Assembly: GCA_964453435.1 (NCBI GenBank)
Contig: CAYVQZ010000002.1
Location: 179,439-243,438 of the forward strand
DNA length: 64,000 nt
Source of the DNA: an uncultured bacterium
GTDB taxonomy: Bacteria; Abyssobacteria; SURF-5
Direction: 5' to 3'
Below, in pieces: positions 49,906 through 59,182 of the stretch (position 1 is the stretch's first letter; every line of letters begins with the position of its first letter). Below the pieces are notes generated by a model. That model saw nothing but the letters and a program-made list of their open reading frames with translations. It was not told the origin of the DNA and searched no databases. The position numbers and the translations under genes were made by a program.

Positions 49906-51924
49906 ATGCCTGACGAGACAAAAAAGTGTCTCTACTGCGGTGAAGAGATACTCGCCGTAGCCATTAAGTGCAAGCATTGCCAGAGCATGCTCGACACGGG
50001 AAGCGGCGACTCACTGGATGATGCTTCCACGCAGGTTCCGGGCATGGAAGACGAATCGCTCGACGGCGCCGCAACGATGCAACACGGGCAGGCCAGGAAA
50101 TTGCTCGCCGGAAGGTATGAGATACTGGAAGAACTCGGCCGGGGCGGGATGGGAATCGTGTTCAAGGGGCGAGATACAAAGCTCGGCACACTGGTGGCAA
50201 TCAAGCTTCTGTCGAAGGAACTGGAGAGCGACCTGCGCGGCATCGAGCTTTTGAAACAGGAAGCCCGCACGGCGATGGATCTCTCCCATCCGAATATTGT
50301 GAAGCTCTACAATTACGAGGAACATGCCGACGGAAGATTCCTCGTCATGGAGTATGTCGAGGGCAAAACGCTCGAGCAGGTCCTGATTCAGAAAAAGAAG
50401 CTGTCGGAGAGAAGGGTCAGGAAATATGCGGTGGGAATCTGCAACGCGCTCCACTACGCTCACTTCAAGGGAGTGATACACAGAGACATCAAGCCATCGA
50501 ATATCATGCTCGATAAGGACGGTAACATTAAAATCACCGATTTCGGCATCGCGCGCACCCTGAAGGACAGCCAGACCCGTCAAACCGGCAGGATTACGAG
50601 CGGCACCCTGCTGTATATGAGCCCGGAACAATTGATGGGCAAGGAGGCGGACGCGCGAAGCGACATCTATTCTCTCGGAATAACGCTGTACGAACTGCTG
50701 CGCGGCGAGCCGCCTTTCACGGGCGGCGACATATCCATGCAGCACCTAAAACGGCCGATAGACCCCATTCCTGAAGTGAGCGAGGAAATGAACCTCATCG
50801 TGCAGAACTGTTGCGCGAAGGAGCTTTCCAACCGCGCGCAGGGCGCCAGACAGGTCCGGAACGCGCTGCTCATTAAGCCCGAAGCAAAGGCAAAAAGGCC
50901 CTCCGGCACGAGTCAAAAGGAAAAACCATCGGTTGCCGTCGAGGCCAAAAGACAAATAGAGATACCTCTTAATAGGCTCGCTCCGCCGATACTTGTCGGC
51001 TGCCTGATAGTCGGCCTCGTCTTGTACCTGGCGAAAGGCCTCATCTCGACGAGTTCGGATGAAGTCACCCCGCAATTGATCATGCCGGTGCAACCTCAAC
51101 CTCAGGAGGGCATCAAACCTCCGCCAACCGAAGCGGAACTTGCCGAGCGGGAGAGTGTTCAAAAAGTCGTCAAAGTAAAGGTCGCCGCCGAGAATGCGAG
51201 GACACGGGCCAAGGTTTCAGGCGCCGAACGGTTCGCGCCTCAAAGCTGGCAGGCGGGCGAGCGGAAATATCAGGAAGGCTTGAGACACGACGGGCAGAAA
51301 GAGCACACGGCGGCGATACAGGCGTTCCAGGCAGCCGCTTCCGAATTCGGTAAATCCGAGACGGCGGCGAAAAAGCTTTCAGCCCAGAGGAAAGCCGAGG
51401 AGGCCCGCAAGGCCCGGCATGCGGCGGAAAAGGCGGAACAGGAGCGGCAAGAGCAACTCGCTGCCAAAAAGTTCGCCGAAGCCGCAAAACGAGTGATGGA
51501 GCAAAAACGGGCGGCCGCGAGCCAGGTGAGCGCGGCGAGCTATGCGCCCGGTGTCTGGAAAGCTGCGGAAGACGAGCGAATTAAGGGGGACGTGTGTCTG
51601 AACCAACAGGACTACAAGTCGGCCGAGAAATGCTATAGCGATGCAAAGAATGCATATCTTAAGGCCCGCGAGCATGCGCGGTTGGAAGCCCTTGACGAAC
51701 AACTGAAAAGCAAGCAAAAAGCAATTGACCAGCGTAAAGAACAGGCATACGATTGGCATATGGACAAGCTCCGACAACTTGAAAGAGCAAAGGCATCTCA
51801 AAGTTATTTTGTATCCGAAAACAACAGATATCACCGCGAACGGGAAGCTCTGGACCAGGAAGAACAGGACGTGCTGGAATGGTACTACAGACAGAAGGAT
51901 TACATTATCAATGATTACGACTGA
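49906..51924 (+). CDS. Ser/Thr protein kinase: zinc ribbon + kinase + TM + coiled coil
   Basis: MPDETKKCLYCGEEILAVAIKCKHCQSML parallels the other paralog N-termini. Kinase GRGGMGIVFKG, HRDIKPSN, DFG. TM LAPPILVGCLIVGLVLYL. Track start GTG 49888 rejected in favour of ATG 49906. Confidence 0.85.
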   Translation: MPDETKKCLYCGEEILAVAIKCKHCQSMLDTGSGDSLDDASTQVPGMEDESLDGAATMQHGQARKLLAGRYEILEELGRGGMGIVFKGRDTKLGTLVAIKLLSKELESDLRGIELLKQEARTAMDLSHPNIVKLYNYEEHADGRFLVMEYVEGKTLEQVLIQKKKLSERRVRKYAVGICNALHYAHFKGVIHRDIKPSNIMLDKDGNIKITDFGIARTLKDSQTRQTGRITSGTLLYMSPEQLMGKEADARSDIYSLGITLYELLRGEPPFTGGDISMQHLKRPIDPIPEVSEEMNLIVQNCCAKELSNRAQGARQVRNALLIKPEAKAKRPSGTSQKEKPSVAVEAKRQIEIPLNRLAPPILVGCLIVGLVLYLAKGLISTSSDEVTPQLIMPVQPQPQEGIKPPPTEAELAERESVQKVVKVKVAAENARTRAKVSGAERFAPQSWQAGERKYQEGLRHDGQKEHTAAIQAFQAAASEFGKSETAAKKLSAQRKAEEARKARHAAEKAEQERQEQLAAKKFAEAAKRVMEQKRAAASQVSAASYAPGVWKAAEDERIKGDVCLNQQDYKSAEKCYSDAKNAYLKAREHARLEALDEQLKSKQKAIDQRKEQAYDWHMDKLRQLERAKASQSYFVSENNRYHREREALDQEEQDVLEWYYRQKDYIINDYD

Positions 51925-51944
51925 CCAATGTGGGGTGAAGGCGC

Positions 51945-53513
51945 GTGAGCATTAAGTGTCTGCAATGCGGCGATCTCAACGATAATCCAGCGAAGTTCTG
52001 CATTCACTGCGGCGAGCAACTGCCGATTGAGGCCGTGTTTACGGATTTGCGATTGAGGCTGCTGACCCGCCAGGAACTGCGGATAGGAGAATTTTCGGTT
52101 TTTGACTGCGAGGTTCTGAACGATTCCTGCCTTCCGGTAACGAATGTGAGCCTCTCCCTGTCAAGTTCGGTATTCGTCAGGAAAAGCGAATGCACTGTCG
52201 ATCTCCTCGAAAGTGCGGCCGGCGAGCGAATCGAACTCGAAGTGGAAGCCGACTCTGAAAAAAAAGGGACCGTTCTTCTTTACATGGCTCTCCGCGGGCT
52301 TGTCGATGGAAAAATTCCGCTTTGTTATAAAGGGCAAACTCGCATAAATGCCGCGCAACCGGTAATCAAAAGAGACAGTGATCAGAAGAAAATCAATATC
52401 GTTGTGGGAAACGACGCGATTTTCGACAGGATTGTCGTGAACGCCGGCGACCCGGATGAGGCTCCGGCCCCTCAGGTCACGGAGGAATGGGTAACCATCC
52501 CATTGAAACGGGACCCGAGTTCCGAGAGGGACTGGTTCGAGCAAATTCGGGCAAAATCGCTTCGCGAATGCCCGTACTGCTCCTGCAAGATTGACGTGCG
52601 CGCCGGGCGATGCGAATTCTGTTCGGCGACGATGCCTTCCTGGTTTTCAAAGCGGCAGGAGGCGCTTCACGAGTTCCGGCATTCGCCACCGCCCCCGTCA
52701 CGGGTCGAGCTGACCATTCCTTCCCTGAACAATAAAGTCTTTCGTTTCTACGTCAACTCACGAATACGGTTTGGAAGACATTCAACGAATGATATTTCGA
52801 CTCTCTTCTATGACGAAAGTGGAGCTCTGGACAGAGACAAGAGCCTGGCAATTAGCAACGAGGCTGGCGAACTTATTGTGGATGGCGGACGCGCCAACCT
52901 GCTCAATATCAACAGATTTGGCGCGCAATTCACGACTCGGCATACGTCCGAATCGATAGAAATCCAGCAAAACGAGAGAATCGAGCTCAAGCAGGGTGGC
53001 ACATTAACGTTCAGTGACACGTGCAGCCTCGATATCAGCCTGTTCACCTCGCAACGCCAGAAAGATATGAGAACGAGCGTGTTGGATGCCCAAGAAGAGA
53101 AGCTTTCTCAAGTGAACTCGCCGCCCGCGCTCGAGCGCCAAAAACAGCGCAGCTCGTGCATTATCTGGCCTGAAAGGCACGTCGAGGCCGTCCGGATATG
53201 CCGGACCGATTCTCCTGCCAATGAGGAGCACATTCTCCTTCAGAACTCCGCCTCAATCGGGAGCGGGGAAAACTGTTGTGTCCAAATCCCGAAGTCAGGG
53301 GTGCAAAAGGTCCATGCTCGCATTATCCGATACGCCGACAGCATATGGTTCGAGAACTGTTCGGGGGCGCCATTGAAATTTGAGACGGGCTCTACGACCC
53401 GGCATCTCAAAAATGACGCGATAATGAAGGTCGAAGCCGATTGTACGGTGAAATTCGAATATCTTGAAACACACCTGAAATTCCGCAGGGAAGCAAGGAT
53501 GGAAGAGTTATGA
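51945..53513 (+). CDS. Zinc-ribbon + two FHA-like domains protein
   Basis: N-terminal CLQCGDLNDNPAKFCIHCG, internal CPYCSCK..CEFC, and FHA-like blocks (VFRFYVNSRIRFGRHSTNDI...; ..SIGSGENCCVQIPKSGVQKVHARIIRY..IWFENCSGAPLKFETG). GTG start. Confidence 0.55.
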   Translation: MSIKCLQCGDLNDNPAKFCIHCGEQLPIEAVFTDLRLRLLTRQELRIGEFSVFDCEVLNDSCLPVTNVSLSLSSSVFVRKSECTVDLLESAAGERIELEVEADSEKKGTVLLYMALRGLVDGKIPLCYKGQTRINAAQPVIKRDSDQKKINIVVGNDAIFDRIVVNAGDPDEAPAPQVTEEWVTIPLKRDPSSERDWFEQIRAKSLRECPYCSCKIDVRAGRCEFCSATMPSWFSKRQEALHEFRHSPPPPSRVELTIPSLNNKVFRFYVNSRIRFGRHSTNDISTLFYDESGALDRDKSLAISNEAGELIVDGGRANLLNINRFGAQFTTRHTSESIEIQQNERIELKQGGTLTFSDTCSLDISLFTSQRQKDMRTSVLDAQEEKLSQVNSPPALERQKQRSSCIIWPERHVEAVRICRTDSPANEEHILLQNSASIGSGENCCVQIPKSGVQKVHARIIRYADSIWFENCSGAPLKFETGSTTRHLKNDAIMKVEADCTVKFEYLETHLKFRREARMEEL

Positions 53514-54694
53514 ACCGACCAAATAGGAACACCTGCAAAAGCTGTGGCTCGCTCATCGCCCCGGACAAAAGCCTCTGCAGAAAATGTGAAATGAAAACAG
53601 GAGCGAAGCCTGGCGACATGAGTTCGAGAATCGCAGAGATGGAAGCGGCGACTTCACAGCGCCTGGCGGAAATGGAAAAGAGGCGGCAGGGCTTGGCCGA
53701 AAGCCTCGATACCTCGTTGCAGGAGAGATTGACGGCGAAGAAGAAAACCGAAACCCCCGCCTCCGTCGCTGAATCCCAGGAGACCCGAACGGCGGACGCC
53801 GACCCGCTCGAGGCGCAAAACCCCGGCGCGTTCGCCAAGCTCGAGCGGCTCTGCTCGGAGATCCGCCATTCGATTGTCGAGGCATGTTTTTACAACTTGA
53901 AGCTGCAATCTCAACTGTTGCCGAAAAAGGTCGGGTCAACTGATTTCATGCAGGAATTTCGTCGCAACCTCTCGCAGTTGCCTGCGGTCGCTTCCAGGTT
54001 ACAGGATTTTTTTAATCAAGAAATCGATGCACGCTTGAAGGTTTCTTCCCTTTTCAAGGAGGAATATGGGCGAGTAATGAATGGCCTGCAGCGCCTGAAG
54101 GGGACATCCTCCGAAAACGGCGAGCCAGCAGATGAATCGATCGAGGCCGCAAGGAACATTTCGGAATCGATTGACACGATTGTTGCGGGCCTGCAATCGA
54201 TTGACGACCGGGTCAGGAAGAATAAGGTTGACGTGAAAGACCTCCTTACAGGTGTTGCGGCGGCTTCGAGAGAGCGATGCGAGGAAGCCGGGGTGAAATT
54301 GTCCGTTCATTTACCCGATGGCTCCTTTCCCAGGGTGTATTCGACCGGAAGCCTCCTCTCGGACGTCCTCCACGAACTCATTCGCAATTCGCTCAAGCAT
54401 GCGTTCCCGCTGGCTGCCGCCGTGGAGAAATGCATTGAAATCGTTGCGGACATGAGCGAGGAACCCAACCGCTCGATCATCATTCAGGTCGCGGACAACG
54501 GGCAGGGATTCCCCTTGGAAACATTGGAGCGCGCTCGGACCGAAGAAACTCCGGCAAATGGCAATGGCTACGGGCTTCCCATGGTTATCCACAACATCGA
54601 GAACCTGCATGGAGGGCAGGTAACCTGCGACAGTTCACCGGAGAACGGAACGAAATTTGTCATCAGCATACCGACCAGGCCTCCGAAAGAATAA
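53510..54694 (+). CDS. Zinc-ribbon + coiled-coil + HATPase_c (GHKL) protein without recognisable His phospho-acceptor box
   Basis: N-terminal CKSCGSLIAPDKSLCRKCE. C-terminal N-box LHELIRNSLKHAF, G1 DNGQGFP, G2 GYGLPMV. ATGA overlap with the upstream FHA gene. Confidence 0.6.
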   Translation: MNRPNRNTCKSCGSLIAPDKSLCRKCEMKTGAKPGDMSSRIAEMEAATSQRLAEMEKRRQGLAESLDTSLQERLTAKKKTETPASVAESQETRTADADPLEAQNPGAFAKLERLCSEIRHSIVEACFYNLKLQSQLLPKKVGSTDFMQEFRRNLSQLPAVASRLQDFFNQEIDARLKVSSLFKEEYGRVMNGLQRLKGTSSENGEPADESIEAARNISESIDTIVAGLQSIDDRVRKNKVDVKDLLTGVAAASRERCEEAGVKLSVHLPDGSFPRVYSTGSLLSDVLHELIRNSLKHAFPLAAAVEKCIEIVADMSEEPNRSIIIQVADNGQGFPLETLERARTEETPANGNGYGLPMVIHNIENLHGGQVTCDSSPENGTKFVISIPTRPPKE

Positions 54695-54809
54695 GCCTCA
54701 TGAAGCTCACAAAATCTGTCGGCAAAATCCGATCCAGGGCCGAATTCATTCGGCCAGTTTTCGATTGTCAACCTTTGCGCCCTGACTTTTATTCTGAGCT
54801 TCCTGAATG

Positions 54810-55110
54810 TCATCCTGGCGCGCTCGCTGTCTTTCTGAGCGTTAGCGAAGAATCTCAGGATAAACTTCGTGAAAGGTCTCGGGTTGCGGAGAAGTTATTG
54901 ATGTTTGTCATTCTGAGCGCAGCGAAGAATCTTGTTTTTAAAGAAGTTATCTTGTGGAAGAGATTCTTCGGTCGCTCCGCTCCCTCAGAATGACAGGGAG
55001 AGACCGTCAGAACGATCAGAATCATAGGGAAGGAATCTGGCCGAATAAATTCGACCCTACAGGTGGGCGGATTGTGTAGGCGCGAATTCATTCGCACAGA
55101 TTTGATATAT
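54810..55110. repeat. Full MITE-like element with ~38-bp terminal inverted repeats, followed by REP palindromes
   Basis: gtcatcctggcg...tgtcattctgagcgcagcgaagaatct...gaagagattcttcggtcgctccgctccctcagaatgacagggagag; then ggccgaataaattcgaccctacagg and gtaggcgcgaattcattcgcac. Confidence 0.85.
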
Positions 55111-55158
55111 CGGCGTGCATCTGCGGTTGCAGGGACTCATTAGCAGGGATAAACTCTC

Positions 55159-58100
55159 ATGCCCGAAGATTTGAAAAATTGCCTTAATTGCAATACGCAA
55201 CTTGGCAAAGATGACTCCGTCTGCCCGAATTGCGGCCTCGAGGTTCATGTGGACCACTTGGACGACCAGCCGACCCGGCTGGCTGGCGGTCCACTCGTAG
55301 GCGGTGAGCCGGGGACCGGAGAATTGCTCGACGACGCCGAAACCGTATTAGGAGCGCAGAGAGAAGGGTTGGGATTTGATTCTTCGCTGACTCGTGAATC
55401 CGCAACCCGTAGCAGGTACCGGATACTCGACACACTCGGCGAGGGCGGTATGGGAGTGGTCTACAAGGCCGAGGACACCAAGCTCCGCCGCACCGTCGCG
55501 ATCAAAAGACTGCTTCCGAAAGCCGAAGCCCAGCAGAAAGGTCTCGACCGATTCCTGCGGGAGGCGCACGTTGTCGCAGGCCTGAACCACATCAACATCG
55601 TGAATGTCTTTGACATAGAGCGGGACGCGAAGGGTCCGTTCATCGTAATGGAGTACGTGGAAGGAAAGAGCCTGGAGAGGGTTATCGAAGAGGAAGGGAA
55701 GATTGAGGAATCACGGGCGATAGAGCTGTTCAAGCAGGTATGTCAGGCAATCGGGTATGCCCACAGAGTGGATATCATCCATCGAGATATAAAACCGGCA
55801 AACATTATCATTACTTCCGACGGCGTTCCCAAGGTGCTGGACTTCGGGCTGGCGCAGATGGCGACCGAGTCGGATCTCTCGAAGACGGGCTACGGCATGG
55901 GCACGATGTACTACATGCCGCCGGAGCAGACGAGGGACGCGAAGAATGTCGACCACCGGGCGGATATCTATGCGCTTGGCGCCACGCTGTATCACATGCT
56001 GACCGGCGAGCGTCCGAAGCTGATAAAGGCCGACAAACTCTCTGCGGGACTGAAGGCTTTGGTCTTCAAATGCATGGAAGAGAATCCGCGGGACAGATAT
56101 TTCAGCATATCCGAAATTCTTGTTGACGTAGAGTCTTCCGTTTCGGCAAAAGACTCGAAGCCACCGAGACTGGAGTCGGAGGACGCCTGCCACAACTGCG
56201 GCTATGTCAACCCCGAAAGCGCGCGTTTCTGCAAGGCATGCGGCACGGGTTTGTTCGAGAAATGCCCGAAATGCGAGGGCGAGAACCGAGTCGGCTCGAA
56301 ATACTGCATGTCGTGCGGGCTCAACATACCGGACTTCAGGAAAGCCCGTGAGCATACCCAGCGCGCGCAGGAGTATCTCAAAAATTACAAATATTCCCGC
56401 GCCATCAAGGAACTTAAAGCAGCCCTCCAACTTGAGGTCGGGAAGATAGAAATGGAAGCTTTGCTCGCGACAGCGGAAGAGAGCCTGGCAAAGCTCAATG
56501 CACACAAAGAGAGAGCCCAAACGCTCAAGCGCGAAGAGAAATATAAGGAAGCAGAGCAAGAAATCTTGAAGGCGCTCGAACTCGACCCATCCGATGATTC
56601 CGCCGAAGAACTGAGGAGGGAAATCGGCGCTCTCATTCAGGAAGAACATCTGGCTAAAGCCGAGGCTCTGAGACGTGAATACAAATTTGAGGAGGCGGCA
56701 GCCGAATATCAACTGGTCCTGGAGCGGAACTCGGCCCATGAGAGAGCAATAAAGGCGCATAAAGAGGTCCGGGAAATCCTCGATAGTATTCTGAACCACA
56801 AAAAGAGAGCGGACGCGTTGCTCGAGCAGAAGAGATATCAGCAAGCGATAGATGAATATGAACAGATACTGAGCCTTGCGCCGACTGATGCATATGCCAA
56901 GGGTTCTGTAAAGAAGTGCCAGAAGCTACTTGAGGAAATTGAGTCGCTCAACAGGAAAGCGAACGAGGCGCTTGCCGACAAAGCATTTCCAGACGCCATA
57001 CAATTTCTGCAAAGGCTTCTCAATCTTTCTGACGATGTCGAGTCAGTTACGCATAAGCTCGAATTAGCGCGAAGCGCGCAAAAGCAAATAGTTGCCCATC
57101 TCAAGGAGGGCCGCAGACTTGCAGATAACGGCCGATACGATGAGGCGATAGAAGAGTACCGGAAAGTCCTCTCTGTTGACAGAGAACACTCGAAAGCCTC
57201 CGAGGAACTGGCTCGAATCGGGCAAACTGTTAGAGAAATAGAGAAGCTGGAAGAAGACCTGACGGCAAGCCTGGACAGGGGAGACTTTGCCGAAGCGGTT
57301 CGCCTCATACAGGCCCTGCAAGAGCACAAGCGTGATACGAAGTGGGCGGAGAACCTGTTGCAGGAGGCAAAGTCAAAGGAGGCAAGGATACGGGCGCACT
57401 ACAACGCCGCGACCAATTGGTATGGTGTCAGGAAGTATTGCAAATCAATCAGAGAAGCCGAGCGCATACTCGAAATAGCGCCATCCCATGCGGGGGCGTT
57501 GGAGATAATCGAGAAATCGAGAAGAAAAATCTCATTAATGTTGAAAGGCTTCGCGGCACTCGTGATACTCGGTCTCTCAATCGCGTTGGTCGCATACATC
57601 TCTTATCAAATTCGCAATTATTCAAAATATGTGGAGCAGGCCGAGGAAGCATTCAAGCAGGAAAAATGGGTGGAGGCGAGCAGCTACTGCATGGAGGCGC
57701 TGGAGCTCAATTCCGACGGCAAGAGAGCACTACAACTCTTGGCTGAACTGGCGCCGGCGTTGGAGACAATTGCCCAAGATGCCCGAGAGGAAGCCTTGAG
57801 CGCAAGAAAAACCGCTGAAGATGCGATGGCGCCTCTCTATGCCAAAACGACTTACGAGAGCGCCTCCAGGAGCCATGCCGAGGCGGATTCCCATTTTGGA
57901 GCAAACGGTTTTGGCCCGGCTGCACAAGCGTACAGGGGCGCCGCCGAGCAGTATCAGAACGCAACGAGCGAGGCAAAAACCGCAATGGCCAAAGCGAAGG
58001 AAGAGGCTGACAGGGAAAAATCAGCGCTCGGGGAGACGAAAAACAAGATTGATGCGCAGAAAGCAGGAAGCTATGCCCGTGAATCATTCGAGGCGGGCAA

Positions 58101-58761
58101 GCAGGCTGAGCGGTCAGCAAGTATTGAATATGACAAACAACGCTATGCGGCGGCGGCTCAAAAATATCGCCAAGCACATGCCTATTATAAAAATGTCTTA
58201 GAGCATGTCAGCAGAGCAATGGCCGAGGAAGAACTGCGCAAGCAAGCTGCTAAGGCGAGGGTGGCGATGGAGGGGTTGCTTGATGCGGCAAAGGAGGCAG
58301 AGGCACCGAAGTATGCCTCATCAGAGTTCACTTCTGCCGAGCAAGAGAGAAAGAAGGCGGAGGAATATGACCGGCGAGGAAACAGTCAACTGGCAAAGAC
58401 ATACTACGAGAAAGCCCAATCCTTATATGAGAATTCCGTTCGAACGGCTAGGCAGGAAAAGGCCCGGCTCGAGGCCACTGCGAAGAAAGCTGAGAGAATG
58501 GAAGGGCTGGTAAATTTCCTCGTTTGGCTTGTTCTGATACTTTTTTGCTTTTTTATAGCGCGTGCATTGTCCCGTTTGAGCTTTAGAGGTGGTTGTGGGT
58601 TTCTGATTTTCATATTCTTAGTAGTGCTGCCTATTTTACAGATTGTAATGGACGAATATTTTGATTCTGTAACTAAGGTGAAAATGATGGCGCCCATAAC
58701 GATTTTATTTACGATAGTTGCAACGATATTCCTTATTTTAAAAGCTCCGCGCCACCTATAA
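55159..58761 (+). CDS. Ser/Thr protein kinase: zinc ribbon + kinase + triple zinc-ribbon module + TPR repeats + TM + TPR/coiled coil + C-terminal multi-TM segment
   Basis: 1200 aa. CLNCNTQLGKDDSVCPNCG. Kinase motifs. CHNCGYV..CKACG..CPKCEGE..CMSCG. TPR-like helices. TM helices at ~aa 795 and at the C-terminus. Confidence 0.85.
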   Translation: MPEDLKNCLNCNTQLGKDDSVCPNCGLEVHVDHLDDQPTRLAGGPLVGGEPGTGELLDDAETVLGAQREGLGFDSSLTRESATRSRYRILDTLGEGGMGVVYKAEDTKLRRTVAIKRLLPKAEAQQKGLDRFLREAHVVAGLNHINIVNVFDIERDAKGPFIVMEYVEGKSLERVIEEEGKIEESRAIELFKQVCQAIGYAHRVDIIHRDIKPANIIITSDGVPKVLDFGLAQMATESDLSKTGYGMGTMYYMPPEQTRDAKNVDHRADIYALGATLYHMLTGERPKLIKADKLSAGLKALVFKCMEENPRDRYFSISEILVDVESSVSAKDSKPPRLESEDACHNCGYVNPESARFCKACGTGLFEKCPKCEGENRVGSKYCMSCGLNIPDFRKAREHTQRAQEYLKNYKYSRAIKELKAALQLEVGKIEMEALLATAEESLAKLNAHKERAQTLKREEKYKEAEQEILKALELDPSDDSAEELRREIGALIQEEHLAKAEALRREYKFEEAAAEYQLVLERNSAHERAIKAHKEVREILDSILNHKKRADALLEQKRYQQAIDEYEQILSLAPTDAYAKGSVKKCQKLLEEIESLNRKANEALADKAFPDAIQFLQRLLNLSDDVESVTHKLELARSAQKQIVAHLKEGRRLADNGRYDEAIEEYRKVLSVDREHSKASEELARIGQTVREIEKLEEDLTASLDRGDFAEAVRLIQALQEHKRDTKWAENLLQEAKSKEARIRAHYNAATNWYGVRKYCKSIREAERILEIAPSHAGALEIIEKSRRKISLMLKGFAALVILGLSIALVAYISYQIRNYSKYVEQAEEAFKQEKWVEASSYCMEALELNSDGKRALQLLAELAPALETIAQDAREEALSARKTAEDAMAPLYAKTTYESASRSHAEADSHFGANGFGPAAQAYRGAAEQYQNATSEAKTAMAKAKEEADREKSALGETKNKIDAQKAGSYARESFEAGKQAERSASIEYDKQRYAAAAQKYRQAHAYYKNVLEHVSRAMAEEELRKQAAKARVAMEGLLDAAKEAEAPKYASSEFTSAEQERKKAEEYDRRGNSQLAKTYYEKAQSLYENSVRTARQEKARLEATAKKAERMEGLVNFLVWLVLILFCFFIARALSRLSFRGGCGFLIFIFLVVLPILQIVMDEYFDSVTKVKMMAPITILFTIVATIFLILKAPRHL

Positions 58762-58979
58762 CAATCATTGTGATTTTCGAAAGGTCACACGCATAGCTTT
58801 TTGTCGTGAAATGGATTCCAGCTTTCGCGGGAATGGCAAGGAAAAAGCTTTCATCCGCTCAATTCGTTGCAATTTGTGGTATTCGTGTTCCAAAAGTTTG
58901 GATGTGGCTACGCTACGCCATGTAACGCGTTAACTTCTTTGAAAACGAGATCCTTCAATACGTTCAGGATGACAACGGA

Positions 58980-59160
58980 GAAACGGTGGTTCTCAGCATG
59001 TTATTTTGTCATTCTGAGGAAGCGCAGCGACCGAAGAATCTCAATCATTTTCTTGTACTACAAATGAACGCGAGGCTGAATGACATACCGGGTAAGATTT
59101 TAAACTTTAGACATTTTTGGTCGAATGAATTCGGGCCCACAGAGATGCGATTAAAGGCAT
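58980..59160. repeat. MITE arm + REP
   Basis: tgtcattctgaggaagcgcagcgaccgaagaatctc; ggtcgaatgaattcgggcccacag. Confidence 0.7.
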
Positions 59161-59182
59161 CGGAGGGTAACTGAAATCAATT

